Assembly (NCBI GenBank): GCA_046716905.1
Contig: JBKJWJ010000294.1
Coordinates: forward strand, 1-24,102
Direction of reading: 5' to 3'
Source: Gaiellaceae bacterium
Lineage (GTDB): Bacteria > Actinomycetota > Thermoleophilia > Gaiellales > Gaiellaceae
DNA: 24,102 nucleotides
Each line of letters begins with the position of its first letter. Position 1 is the stretch's first letter. The notes below the pieces were generated by a model, which saw only the letters and a list, made by a program, of their open reading frames with translations, was not told where the DNA came from and searched no databases. This document shows, one piece after another, positions 1 through 7,470 of this stretch. The position numbers and the translations under genes are program-made.

Positions 1-1400
1 CTTGGTTCCGGCAAGGGCAGCTCGCTCGATTCCGGCGACGGCATCTCCCCCATTTCCCCCGGCTCGGCCTCGGGCGCCTCTACCTCGGCGCCGGCGATGG
101 GAACGGCCTCAGCGCCCCCGCAGGTCACCCCGGAAGCATCGCGGTCGGCAAGGGCGGTGTGCGCCGGGATCCCGCAGAACAGGGTCGAAGGCACAGCTGC
201 GTTCGGGCAGCGCTTGGCGTTCGAGAGAATCGCGGCGCAACGGCCCGAGAAGTCCTCGCCGGCCTCCCCGCCCGCGAACGCGGCCTCCGCTTCGGAGGCG
301 GCGAACTCGGCCTCCGACTGGATGTCCACCTTCCAGCCGGTCAGACGGGCTGCCAGCCGCGCGTTCAAACCTTCCTTGCCGATCGCGAGCGCGAGCTGGT
401 CCTCGGGGACGATGACGGTCGCCTCTTTCGTGTCGTCGTCGATGTAGACCTCGCGCACCCTCGCCGGCGAAAGCGCCTTGGCGAGAAAACGGGCCGGTTC
501 CGTGTTCCACGGGATGATGTCGATCTTCTCGCCGCGGAGCTCAGAAACGACCATCCGGACGCGAGAGCCGCGGGGGCCGACGCAAGCGCCGACAGGGTCC
601 ACGCCCTGGGCGTGCGAGACGACCGCGATCTTGGAGCGGTAGCCGGGCTCCCGCGCCACGCCGCGAATCTCGACCAGGCCGTCGGCGATCTCGGGCACCT
701 CGAGCTCGAAGAGCGTCTTGATCAGCTCGGGATCGCGCCGGGAGAGGATGACCTGCGGCCCCTTGGTTCCGGACCGAACCTCGGTGATGACCGCCTTGAT
801 CCGGCTTCCCTGCTCGTACCGCTCTCCGTCCACCTGCTCGGAGCGCGGCAGGAGAGCCTCGACCTTGCCGAGGTCGACGAGGATGTTGTTCCTGTCGCCT
901 GCCTGCTGGACGATGCCGGTCACGACCTCGCTGACACGGTCGACGTACTCCTCGTACATGATCTGGCGCTCGGCCTCGCGGATCCGCTGCTGGATGACCT
1001 GCTTCGCGGTCTGCGCGGCGATGCGGCCGAAGTTCTCGGGAGTGACGTCTTCGCGGCGCACCTGGTTCTCGGGCACCTGGTCCCAATCGATCTCGAGATC
1101 GTCGTCGGTGACCAGTGTGTGCTGCTTCTCGCCGGTTTCCTCCTCGATCTTCTCGAGATCGTCGTAGGCCTTCTCGCGTGCCTCTTCGAGCAGGCGCTCC
1201 TCCAGGTCCTGCGGCATGTGGATCGCGAAGACACGGAAGTCTCCGGCGTCGTCGATCTCGACGGTCGCGTGCCGGTAGGAGTCCGGCGTCTTCTTGTATG
1301 CGGCGAGCAATCCGTCGCGGAGGGCGTCGATCAGAATCCCGCCCTCGAGATTCTTGTCCTTCTCCAGCTCGCGGACGGCTTCGACGATTTCGCGGCTCAT
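1..1400 (-). CDS. nusA: Transcription termination/antitermination factor NusA (3' end runs off the window)
   Basis: Not in the ORF track because it is open to position 1. Hand translation from ATG 1400 (ATGA overlap with the rimP stop) gives MSREIVEAVRELEKDK...VTPENFGRIAAQTAKQVIQQRIREAER...AREPGYRSKIAV...DPVGACVGPRGSRVRMVVSELRGEKIDII...LAIGKEGLNARLAARLTGWKVDI, i.e. NTD-S1-KH1-KH2 motifs, directly downstream of rimP. Confidence 0.98.
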   Translation of the reverse strand, partial: MSREIVEAVRELEKDKNLEGGILIDALRDGLLAAYKKTPDSYRHATVEIDDAGDFRVFAIHMPQDLEERLLEEAREKAYDDLEKIEEETGEKQHTLVTDDDLEIDWDQVPENQVRREDVTPENFGRIAAQTAKQVIQQRIREAERQIMYEEYVDRVSEVVTGIVQQAGDRNNILVDLGKVEALLPRSEQVDGERYEQGSRIKAVITEVRSGTKGPQVILSRRDPELIKTLFELEVPEIADGLVEIRGVAREPGYRSKIAVVSHAQGVDPVGACVGPRGSRVRMVVSELRGEKIDIIPWNTEPARFLAKALSPARVREVYIDDDTKEATVIVPEDQLALAIGKEGLNARLAARLTGWKVDIQSEAEFAASEAEAAFAGGEAGEDFSGRCAAILSNAKRCPNAAVPSTLFCGIPAHTALADRDASGVTCGGAEAVPIAGAEVEAPEAEPGEMGEMPSPESSELPLPEP

Positions 1401-1843
1401 TTGACACCCTCCTCGATCAGGTTGCCCCGCACGATGGAGTCGTACGGAATCTCGTACTCGTTGCCGTCGGCGGAGACGCGGATTCCCGCCTCGCTCGTGT
1501 CGACGACCTCGCCCTTGAAGCGCTTGCGCCCTTCGATGTCCGTCGCCGTGCGCAGCGCGACCTTGCGGCCGACGACCCGCTCGAAGTGTGCGGGCGTGCG
1601 CAGTGGGCGCTCGAGGCCGGGCGAGGAGACGTCGATCGCGTACCGCTGGAGATAGTCGCGGAGGACGTCGGTGACACGCACGCAGAGGGCGTGGTCCACC
1701 CGCTGGGGGTGATCGATGAAGATCGTGAAGCGCTCGGGCCCGGAGAGCTCGAGGGCGAGCACCTCGACCCCTGGAACCGCCTTCTCGACCTTCGGTGTGA
1801 TCTCCCGGAGCAGCGCTTTCTCCTTGTCGTAGACGTTCGCCAC
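1397..1843 (-). CDS. rimP: Ribosome maturation factor RimP
   Basis: GTG start with SD GAGGAG at 1855-1850; motifs IFID, VSSPGLERPL and GRKRFKG; immediately upstream of nusA. Confidence 0.95.
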   Translation of the reverse strand: MANVYDKEKALLREITPKVEKAVPGVEVLALELSGPERFTIFIDHPQRVDHALCVRVTDVLRDYLQRYAIDVSSPGLERPLRTPAHFERVVGRKVALRTATDIEGRKRFKGEVVDTSEAGIRVSADGNEYEIPYDSIVRGNLIEEGVK

Positions 1844-1855
1844 CTGTGTCTCCTC

Positions 1856-1883
1856 AAAAAAAACGGGCGCCGCGCGCCCATTT
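1856..1883 (-). terminator. Intrinsic terminator/attenuator hairpin in the rimP leader
   Basis: Minus strand reads AAATGGGCGC-GCG-GCGCCCGTTTTTTTT: a GC-rich stem with an 8-T run (1863-1856) ending right at the rimP SD. A premature terminator upstream of rimP-nusA is a known widespread feature. Confidence 0.85.
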
Positions 1884-1912
1884 CGTCCTGCATCTCGAAA
1901 TGTGGTGTTTGC

Positions 1913-1921
1913 AGGATAGCA
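1913..1921 (-). promoter_or_regulatory. Putative extended -10 promoter (TGcTATCCT) for rimP-nusA
   Basis: TGn-TANNNT match in the 82-bp intergenic region, about 30 nt upstream of the leader terminator. Confidence 0.55.
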
Positions 1922-1925
1922 AGGC

Positions 1926-3098
1926 CTAGAGCGGCTTCAGGGTCACGGACCCACCCTCACCGAAGGCCTTGTCGGACAGTCCCTTGGCGTCCAGGCGGAA
2001 CACCTTCGCGGGCCGGCCCCTGATCGAGCCGGCGACCAGCACCTTGCCGTCGGGGAGGATCCCAACAGCGGCTCTCGAGTCCGTATAGAGGTTGTCATCC
2101 GCGGCGAGACGGCCGAGTGCCAGCAGGGTCAGCCCGTCTTTTCCCCAGCTCCGATCGATCGCGCCCGAAGGGTTTCGGCGGGTGACGAACAGCATCCTCG
2201 TCCGCCCTCGGTCGAGCTCCCCGGCGACGAGGACGCCTCCGTCGTCCTGTAGGGCAAAGTCGGTCGCAACCTCGAACCGTGAACGACCGGGGTCGACGAG
2301 TGCCTTCTCGGCGAGCCTGCCGCCGAGGCTGTGGCGGTACAGGCCGTAGCGGTAGTCGGTGCCCTCGCCGATCGGAAACTCCTCTGTCAGCACGTAAATC
2401 CCATGCCGACTCGCCTCCACGCCGAGGACAGCGGTCTCCGTTTTCGTGTGCACGAGCGTCCGCCCCAGCTGATGTCCCTTCTTCCCGAGCATGAACAACG
2501 TGTAGTTCGGAAAACCGGTCTGATACTTCCCGAGCACGAGCCGCCCACCCGCGACCTGCGCGAGGCCACGCAGCTCGGGCTGCTCGTCGTCCAGTGGCGG
2601 GTTGACACCCAGGAGCCAGGCTGCGAGCTGGGTCGTCGGGTAGGTCACGTGTGCGATCTCGCCCGGCTCCCCGGTGGGAGTGAATCTCGCGGCGACGAAG
2701 CCACGGTCGGAGGAGCCCTCGGATTCGGGCGCTCCGTAGATCGGTCCTCCGACGGCGAAGCCGCCGTCCGGAAGGATGACCGCCTCGTCCACGCGCTCGG
2801 CGCACCATTCGATCTCTTCCTGTGGCACGGTCAAGACCGCCGAGACCTCTCCCGCGGGTTGCAGGCGAGCGGCGACGAACTCCGCTGTCTCCTGACGCTC
2901 GTTGCCGCACTCGTGCCCCTCGCCGAGCAGCCTGGCGATGCCCACGAGCAGGACCCGGCCGTCCGGACCGACCAGGATCCGGGCAGGCTCGAGGGTTCTT
3001 CGAGCCGACGAGTCCTTCTCTACGACCTCACTGCCTCCGCAGCCCGTCAGCAGCAGCACGGATACCAACAAGAACGCACTTCGCATCAGGAGCATCAT
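1926..3098 (-). CDS. Lipoprotein with delta-60 (DUF5122-like) beta-propeller repeats
   Basis: Signal peptide with lipobox LLTG-C; repeated units such as LPDGGFAVGG..FVAARFTPTG, LQDDGGVLVAG..VTRRNPSGAIDRSWGKDG and LPDGKVLVAG..VFRLDAKGLSDKAFGEGG; SD-like GGAG upstream. Start is ATG 3098 or 3095. Confidence 0.75.
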   Translation of the reverse strand: MMLLMRSAFLLVSVLLLTGCGGSEVVEKDSSARRTLEPARILVGPDGRVLLVGIARLLGEGHECGNERQETAEFVAARLQPAGEVSAVLTVPQEEIEWCAERVDEAVILPDGGFAVGGPIYGAPESEGSSDRGFVAARFTPTGEPGEIAHVTYPTTQLAAWLLGVNPPLDDEQPELRGLAQVAGGRLVLGKYQTGFPNYTLFMLGKKGHQLGRTLVHTKTETAVLGVEASRHGIYVLTEEFPIGEGTDYRYGLYRHSLGGRLAEKALVDPGRSRFEVATDFALQDDGGVLVAGELDRGRTRMLFVTRRNPSGAIDRSWGKDGLTLLALGRLAADDNLYTDSRAAVGILPDGKVLVAGSIRGRPAKVFRLDAKGLSDKAFGEGGSVTLKPL

Positions 3099-3122
3099 GC
3101 CGCTCCGTTCTTTTCAGACGCA

Positions 3123-3560
3123 CTAGCCGTCGAGCACGATCGTGACGGGGCCATCGTTCACGAGCTCCACTGCCATGCGGGCGCCGAAGCGGCCGGTCTC
3201 CACCTCCACGCCGAGTCTTTGGAGCGCGGCGCAGAACCGTCTGTAGAGAGGGTCGGCCTGCTCCGGCGGGGCGGCGCCGCTGAAGCTAGGGCGGTTCCCC
3301 TTCTCGGTGTCCGCGATGAGTGTGAACTGGCTGACGACGAGCGCCTCGCCGCCGACATCCAGCAGCGACCGGTCGAAGCGACCTTCGTCGTTCTCGAATA
3401 TGCGCAGACGAGCGACCCGTCCGGCGAGCCGCTGAGCGCCGTCCACCCCGTCTTCCCGGCTCACGCCGAGCAGGACGCAGAGTCCTGCGCCGATCTCTCC
3501 CACGAGGTCTCCGTCGACGCGTACGCGCGCCGACGCGACACGCTGGACGACCGCACGCAT
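3123..3560 (-). CDS. dtd: D-aminoacyl-tRNA deacylase
   Basis: MRAVVQRV start at ATG 3560 (the ORF track's upstream extension is spurious); SQFTL, KGNRPSF and NDGPVT motifs; 145 aa. Confidence 0.97.
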   Translation of the reverse strand: MRAVVQRVASARVRVDGDLVGEIGAGLCVLLGVSREDGVDGAQRLAGRVARLRIFENDEGRFDRSLLDVGGEALVVSQFTLIADTEKGNRPSFSGAAPPEQADPLYRRFCAALQRLGVEVETGRFGARMAVELVNDGPVTIVLDG

Positions 3561-3567
3561 GCGGTGA

Positions 3568-3918
3568 TTATTCGAGGTCGCGGATTCGGGCGGCGTACTG
3601 CTCGCTGCCCGGACGGAGCGAGCTGGCGAGCTTGTAGTGGCCGTTCGCCTCGTGCTCGCGCCCTTTCTTCTCGAGGCAGCGGCCGAGTGCGTAATGCGCA
3701 TAGTCATCGGCCGGAGACAGTTCGAGCAGTGCACGGAACTCCCGCTCGGCCTCGTCCCAGCGCTGGATGCGGAAGTAGGCGATGCCGAGCGCCTCGCGGA
3801 TCGACGCCTTGTCCGGCTCGCGCCGCTTGGCCTTCTCGAGCGCCACTGTCGCCTGTGCCGCGCGTCCTTTGCGGAGGTGCGATCTGCCCTGCTGAAAGAG
3901 GTCGTAGGTCTCGCTCAT
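3568..3918 (-). CDS. Tetratricopeptide repeat (TPR) protein
   Basis: From ATG 3918 (MSETYDLF); helical TPR pattern (A..ALEKA...EP, ALG.AYF....W.EA...F...L.L.P...YAHYALG.CL); 116 aa. Confidence 0.85.
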   Translation of the reverse strand: MSETYDLFQQGRSHLRKGRAAQATVALEKAKRREPDKASIREALGIAYFRIQRWDEAEREFRALLELSPADDYAHYALGRCLEKKGREHEANGHYKLASSLRPGSEQYAARIRDLE

Positions 3919-3951
3919 ATCGCCTGTCTCAACGGTAGACAAAGCGCCTGC

Positions 3952-6240
3952 TCAAGCGGGGCGAAGACCGAATGAGCGCAGCGACAGGAGGCCGCGGAGC
4001 CTCGCTTTCGCGCTCAGACCCCGGCGAGCCGAGCGGAGGACTCGGCGGAGCTCCCGCCGGGCGTCCTGGGCGGCGAGCTCTGCGTCCTCATCGGGCGCAA
4101 ACCGGGCTGCGGCGAGCGAGTCCGCCAGCCGGTCGGCATTCACGCGAAGGTTCTCGCGCACCACCGCGCTCAGCTCTGCGGGCGTCGCGCTCGTCGGTGT
4201 GCCGACCCGCTGGTCGGCGAGATAGTCCACGAGCTCGGCCCTGACCGCCGCGGCGAGCCTCCGCGGATCGTCAGTCATGTAGCGAAGGCGTCGCCGCCCG
4301 GCCTTCACGAGCCAGAACGCCGCCAGGAGCCCAGCCGCAACGGCAAGCAAGAGCCCCAGGAGCCGGACGTCGTTTTGGTTCTCACCGGTCGAGGACGACC
4401 CCGTCCGATCCGGCGCCTGGGGGCCGAAGCCGGGATCGGCGCCGCGTGGCCGGTCGTCGGGCGACGTCGTCGAGCCGCCGAGGCGATTCCGGAGAATGTC
4501 CAACCCGAGGGCCGCGGCCGCCACCCCGGCGAACGCCGCCGTGGCACCGTCCGCGTCGAAGAAGAGGGACGAGGCCGTGTACGAGCTCCGAAGCCGTCCG
4601 CGGCCGGGCGTCGGGTCGAACGGCAGCCAGCCGTAGCCCTCGAACCAGACCTCGACCCACGTGTGCGCGTTCGTGTCGGCGACCGTCCACTCCTGAGCGT
4701 CCTCGTCGAAGAGGCCCGTGGTGAATCCGGCGGCGACACGTGCGGGGATCCCGAGGTAGCGCAGCATGACCGCCATCGCACCGGCGAAGTGCTGGCAGTA
4801 ACCACGTCGGTGGCCGGTCACGAACGAGACGAGGGGCGGAGCTCCGGCCCCGGCGGGCGGCGTCTCGTCGTAGTTGAACTCGCCGCTCGAGCGAAACCAT
4901 GCCTCGAGCGCGACGACCGCGGCGTACGGGTTGCGCGGGCGACCCACGACACGCTGGGCCTGACGGAAGAGCGGCTCGTACTCGGCAAGCCGCTCGTCAA
5001 AGTCGAATCCCCGCTGCACGACCTCGTTACGGCCGGCTGTTCCGAACGGTGGAAGCCCGATGCTGCCCCCGACTGCGAGATAGGCGTCGAAGAGGCCGGT
5101 CGGGTAGTTGGGCCGCACGGCGGCGAGCTGGGCCGGAGTCGGTTGCGGTGCATAGCTCCACGCTTGGTAGTCCTGGCCCCTGTGCAGCCGCCCCACGTAA
5201 GCGATTCCGGAGCCGTACGCAGCAGCAGCGCCCGCTTCGTAGGCGACCGGCACGCTCGCGGCCACCAAATGGCTGTCCTGGAGCGCTTCCACAGTGATCT
5301 CCTGGCGCAGCCAGTTCTCCGGGTCGCTCGCTCTCGGGGGAAGGTAGGGGTCACTGACCAGGGTGTCCCGGTCACCCTTGGTGATCGCCTCCACCGGCCC
5401 TCCCTGCTCTCGCCAGTGGTCGTCGAGGAAGACGTCGAGCGTGGTCGCCCGCCAGTACGGCGACCGGCGCGGCGCCCTGATCTTGAGCACGGTGGTGGCC
5501 TTTGTGGGGAAGTCGATCCCGTCGTAGTCCGAGTCCCAGACGTACTGCACGCTGACCGGCTGGGCGTCGCGCTTGTACGGCTGCCACTCCTGCCAGTCGA
5601 GGAAGCCGCCCTTGGCGACCGACGGCGAGCTGACCGCGACGAGAGCGGCGACGACGATTCCTCCGCCGACGAGCAGCGCCTGCTTCCCACCTCGGGCTGC
5701 GCCGGGGCGGAGGCCGGCGAGAAGGATCAGCGCAGCGGCGAGGATCAGCACTCCCCGCGTCGTGGTCGCCCCCTCGGGAGCGAGCGTCGCGGGCCAGGCA
5801 GCTCCGCAGAGCGTCGCCGCGGTGGCGAGAACGGCCCGGCGGGCTCGGATCGCGAGCGTCGCGAGCAACGTGAACGCGAAGACTGCGAGCACGATGACCC
5901 CGTGCATCCGCGGCCGCTCAGCAGGGTCAAACGGGAGGCCGACCTCGTAGAAGTCGGCGACGCCGTTGCCGAAACGCGAGACGAGCGGCCCGAAAAAGTG
6001 ACGATCGCCGTCGAACGGACGCGCAGCGAGCAGAGAGAGATCGAATGCGACGGACGCGACGACGACGAGGGCGGTCGCCCCGGCGAGGAGGCGCAGCCAC
6101 CGGCGTGGCACGAGTGCGGCGCCGACACCGAGAGCGGCGGCGAGCAGGAACTCCCGGCCCGTCGTGGGCTCCTCCAGACCGTTCCAGCCGCTCAGGATCA
6201 GCGCGGCCGGCAGCACGGCGAGGAGCGCCGTCCTACCCAT
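3952..6240 (-). CDS. Membrane transglutaminase-like protein (TgpA/DUF3488-type N-terminal TM region, TGase core, C-terminal TM and DUF4129-like tail)
   Basis: ATG 6240 overlaps the DUF58 stop by 8 nt; hydrophobic N-terminus; intact Cys-His-Asp motifs GYCQHFA, AHTWVEV and WLPFDPTP. Confidence 0.9.
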   Translation of the reverse strand: MGRTALLAVLPAALILSGWNGLEEPTTGREFLLAAALGVGAALVPRRWLRLLAGATALVVVASVAFDLSLLAARPFDGDRHFFGPLVSRFGNGVADFYEVGLPFDPAERPRMHGVIVLAVFAFTLLATLAIRARRAVLATAATLCGAAWPATLAPEGATTTRGVLILAAALILLAGLRPGAARGGKQALLVGGGIVVAALVAVSSPSVAKGGFLDWQEWQPYKRDAQPVSVQYVWDSDYDGIDFPTKATTVLKIRAPRRSPYWRATTLDVFLDDHWREQGGPVEAITKGDRDTLVSDPYLPPRASDPENWLRQEITVEALQDSHLVAASVPVAYEAGAAAAYGSGIAYVGRLHRGQDYQAWSYAPQPTPAQLAAVRPNYPTGLFDAYLAVGGSIGLPPFGTAGRNEVVQRGFDFDERLAEYEPLFRQAQRVVGRPRNPYAAVVALEAWFRSSGEFNYDETPPAGAGAPPLVSFVTGHRRGYCQHFAGAMAVMLRYLGIPARVAAGFTTGLFDEDAQEWTVADTNAHTWVEVWFEGYGWLPFDPTPGRGRLRSSYTASSLFFDADGATAAFAGVAAAALGLDILRNRLGGSTTSPDDRPRGADPGFGPQAPDRTGSSSTGENQNDVRLLGLLLAVAAGLLAAFWLVKAGRRRLRYMTDDPRRLAAAVRAELVDYLADQRVGTPTSATPAELSAVVRENLRVNADRLADSLAAARFAPDEDAELAAQDARRELRRVLRSARRGLSAKARLRGLLSLRSFGLRPA

Positions 6241-7459
6241 GTGCGACTCCCTGCTCGGGGGAGCCGGAACCGAGAACTCCCTCGAGCGCGTCACCGCGCC
6301 GCAAGACGGCGACCGGGATCCCAGCGGCTTCGAGACGGAGGACGGCGGCATCGGTCCCCGCGTCGCCTCGTCGACGCCGCGCGAAGCTCGGCGCGTCGAC
6401 GTAGACGACCGACACCTGTTGACGGCTCGCGGCGCGACTGACGAGCGCCTCGACGAGCGGCCGTGAGAGCGCGGAGGTGACGACGGCGAGGTCGCGCGCG
6501 TGCGTCGCGGCCCCCGCCTGGTCGTTCAGCAGGTTCTCCGGCGGGCGCGCGCCGGTCTGCTCGGCTGCAGCCAGGATCTCGAGCGCCTGCGGCCAGTCTC
6601 GATCGTAGGAGCGAACTGCGAAGGCGTCGCCCTCGGTCCCGCTCGTGACGACGATCCGGGCCTGACGGCCCCGCCGGGCATGGGCCCAGAGGATCGAGCC
6701 CGCTGCGCGTACCTGGGCATCGAAGCTCGAGTCCAGCGCCTCGCCCGCACCGCGCCCGGCCTGGGCGTCGAGCACGACCACAATCTCGTCGCGCGGGGAG
6801 TCTTCGAGCTCCTTGACCATCAACTGCTGGCGCCGGGCGGTGGAGGGCCAGTGCACGCGCCGGAGAGACTCTCCGCTCTGGTACTCGCGGACGCTGTGCA
6901 GCTCGAAGCCCGCCGGCCGGCGAAGCAGGATCCGCCCACCGCCCTGGGAGCGAAGTCCGCTCTCGGCAAAGAGGATGTTCAGCCGCGCAAGCCGGGGGTA
7001 GACGAGGAGCGGTGCCGAGTCCTCGAGCGGTTGAACCCTTCGCGCCAGGCCGAACGGGTCCTCGACGACTGCCTGTGCGTCGGTGAAGCGGTAGCGCCCA
7101 CGCGGAACACCCGAGAGCCGGTAGACGGCCCTGAGGAAGCGTCCGTCGCGCAGCACGAGGACATCGCGCTCGCCCAGCTTTCCGGCCGGTTCTCGCAGCA
7201 TTGCCGTGGCAGGAAGAACGCCCCCGTCCGCCTCGAGCTCGACCCGAACCTCGACGTCCTCTCCCTCGATCGGACGGTTGCGATCGATGTGACGGTGCAG
7301 GCGGAGGGGCCGTGCCAGGGCGTTCGTCCAGATCAGGGCGACGCCGACAGCGAGCAGCAGGCCGACGGCCGGTGCGTACAGGACTTGCGCGCCGAACGCC
7401 CACGCGGCGGCGTACGTGCCCACACCGAGCGCCAGGGTGAAGCGGCCGCGGCGGGTCAT
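6233..7459 (-). CDS. DUF58 domain protein (MoxR partner, VWA-like)
   Basis: From ATG 7459 (MTRRGRF) with an N-terminal TM hairpin; DUF58 signature LHSVREYQSGESLRRVHWPSTARRQQLMVKE followed by VVVLD; lies between MoxR and the TGase. Confidence 0.88.
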   Translation of the reverse strand: MTRRGRFTLALGVGTYAAAWAFGAQVLYAPAVGLLLAVGVALIWTNALARPLRLHRHIDRNRPIEGEDVEVRVELEADGGVLPATAMLREPAGKLGERDVLVLRDGRFLRAVYRLSGVPRGRYRFTDAQAVVEDPFGLARRVQPLEDSAPLLVYPRLARLNILFAESGLRSQGGGRILLRRPAGFELHSVREYQSGESLRRVHWPSTARRQQLMVKELEDSPRDEIVVVLDAQAGRGAGEALDSSFDAQVRAAGSILWAHARRGRQARIVVTSGTEGDAFAVRSYDRDWPQALEILAAAEQTGARPPENLLNDQAGAATHARDLAVVTSALSRPLVEALVSRAASRQQVSVVYVDAPSFARRRRGDAGTDAAVLRLEAAGIPVAVLRRGDALEGVLGSGSPEQGVAHG

Positions 7460-7470
7460 CGGGGAGACAT

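Noticed and set aside
541-1407. 288-aa minus-strand ORF (MSNEPRNRR...) as the gene downstream of rimP
   Set aside because: Wrong frame, Arg-rich nonsense; the real nusA frame starts at ATG 1400 and is open to the window edge.
159-1655. Long plus-strand ORFs (also 2331-3938, 4375-6441, 8198-9634, 13177-14457, 15332-16666, 16456-18489, 22182-23336)
   Set aside because: Antisense shadows of well-supported minus-strand genes; expected in high-GC DNA, with no recognisable motifs or RBS.
1926-3098. Horizontal-transfer signature for the lipoprotein gene
   Set aside because: A small hand sample showed only modestly lower GC3 than nusA, with no flanking repeats, integrase or tRNA; not supportable without computation.
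3561-3573. Leaderless -10 for dtd (AATAAT-N6-ATG)
   Set aside because: Lacks the conserved first T of TANNNT and is largely the TPR stop codon; too weak to call.
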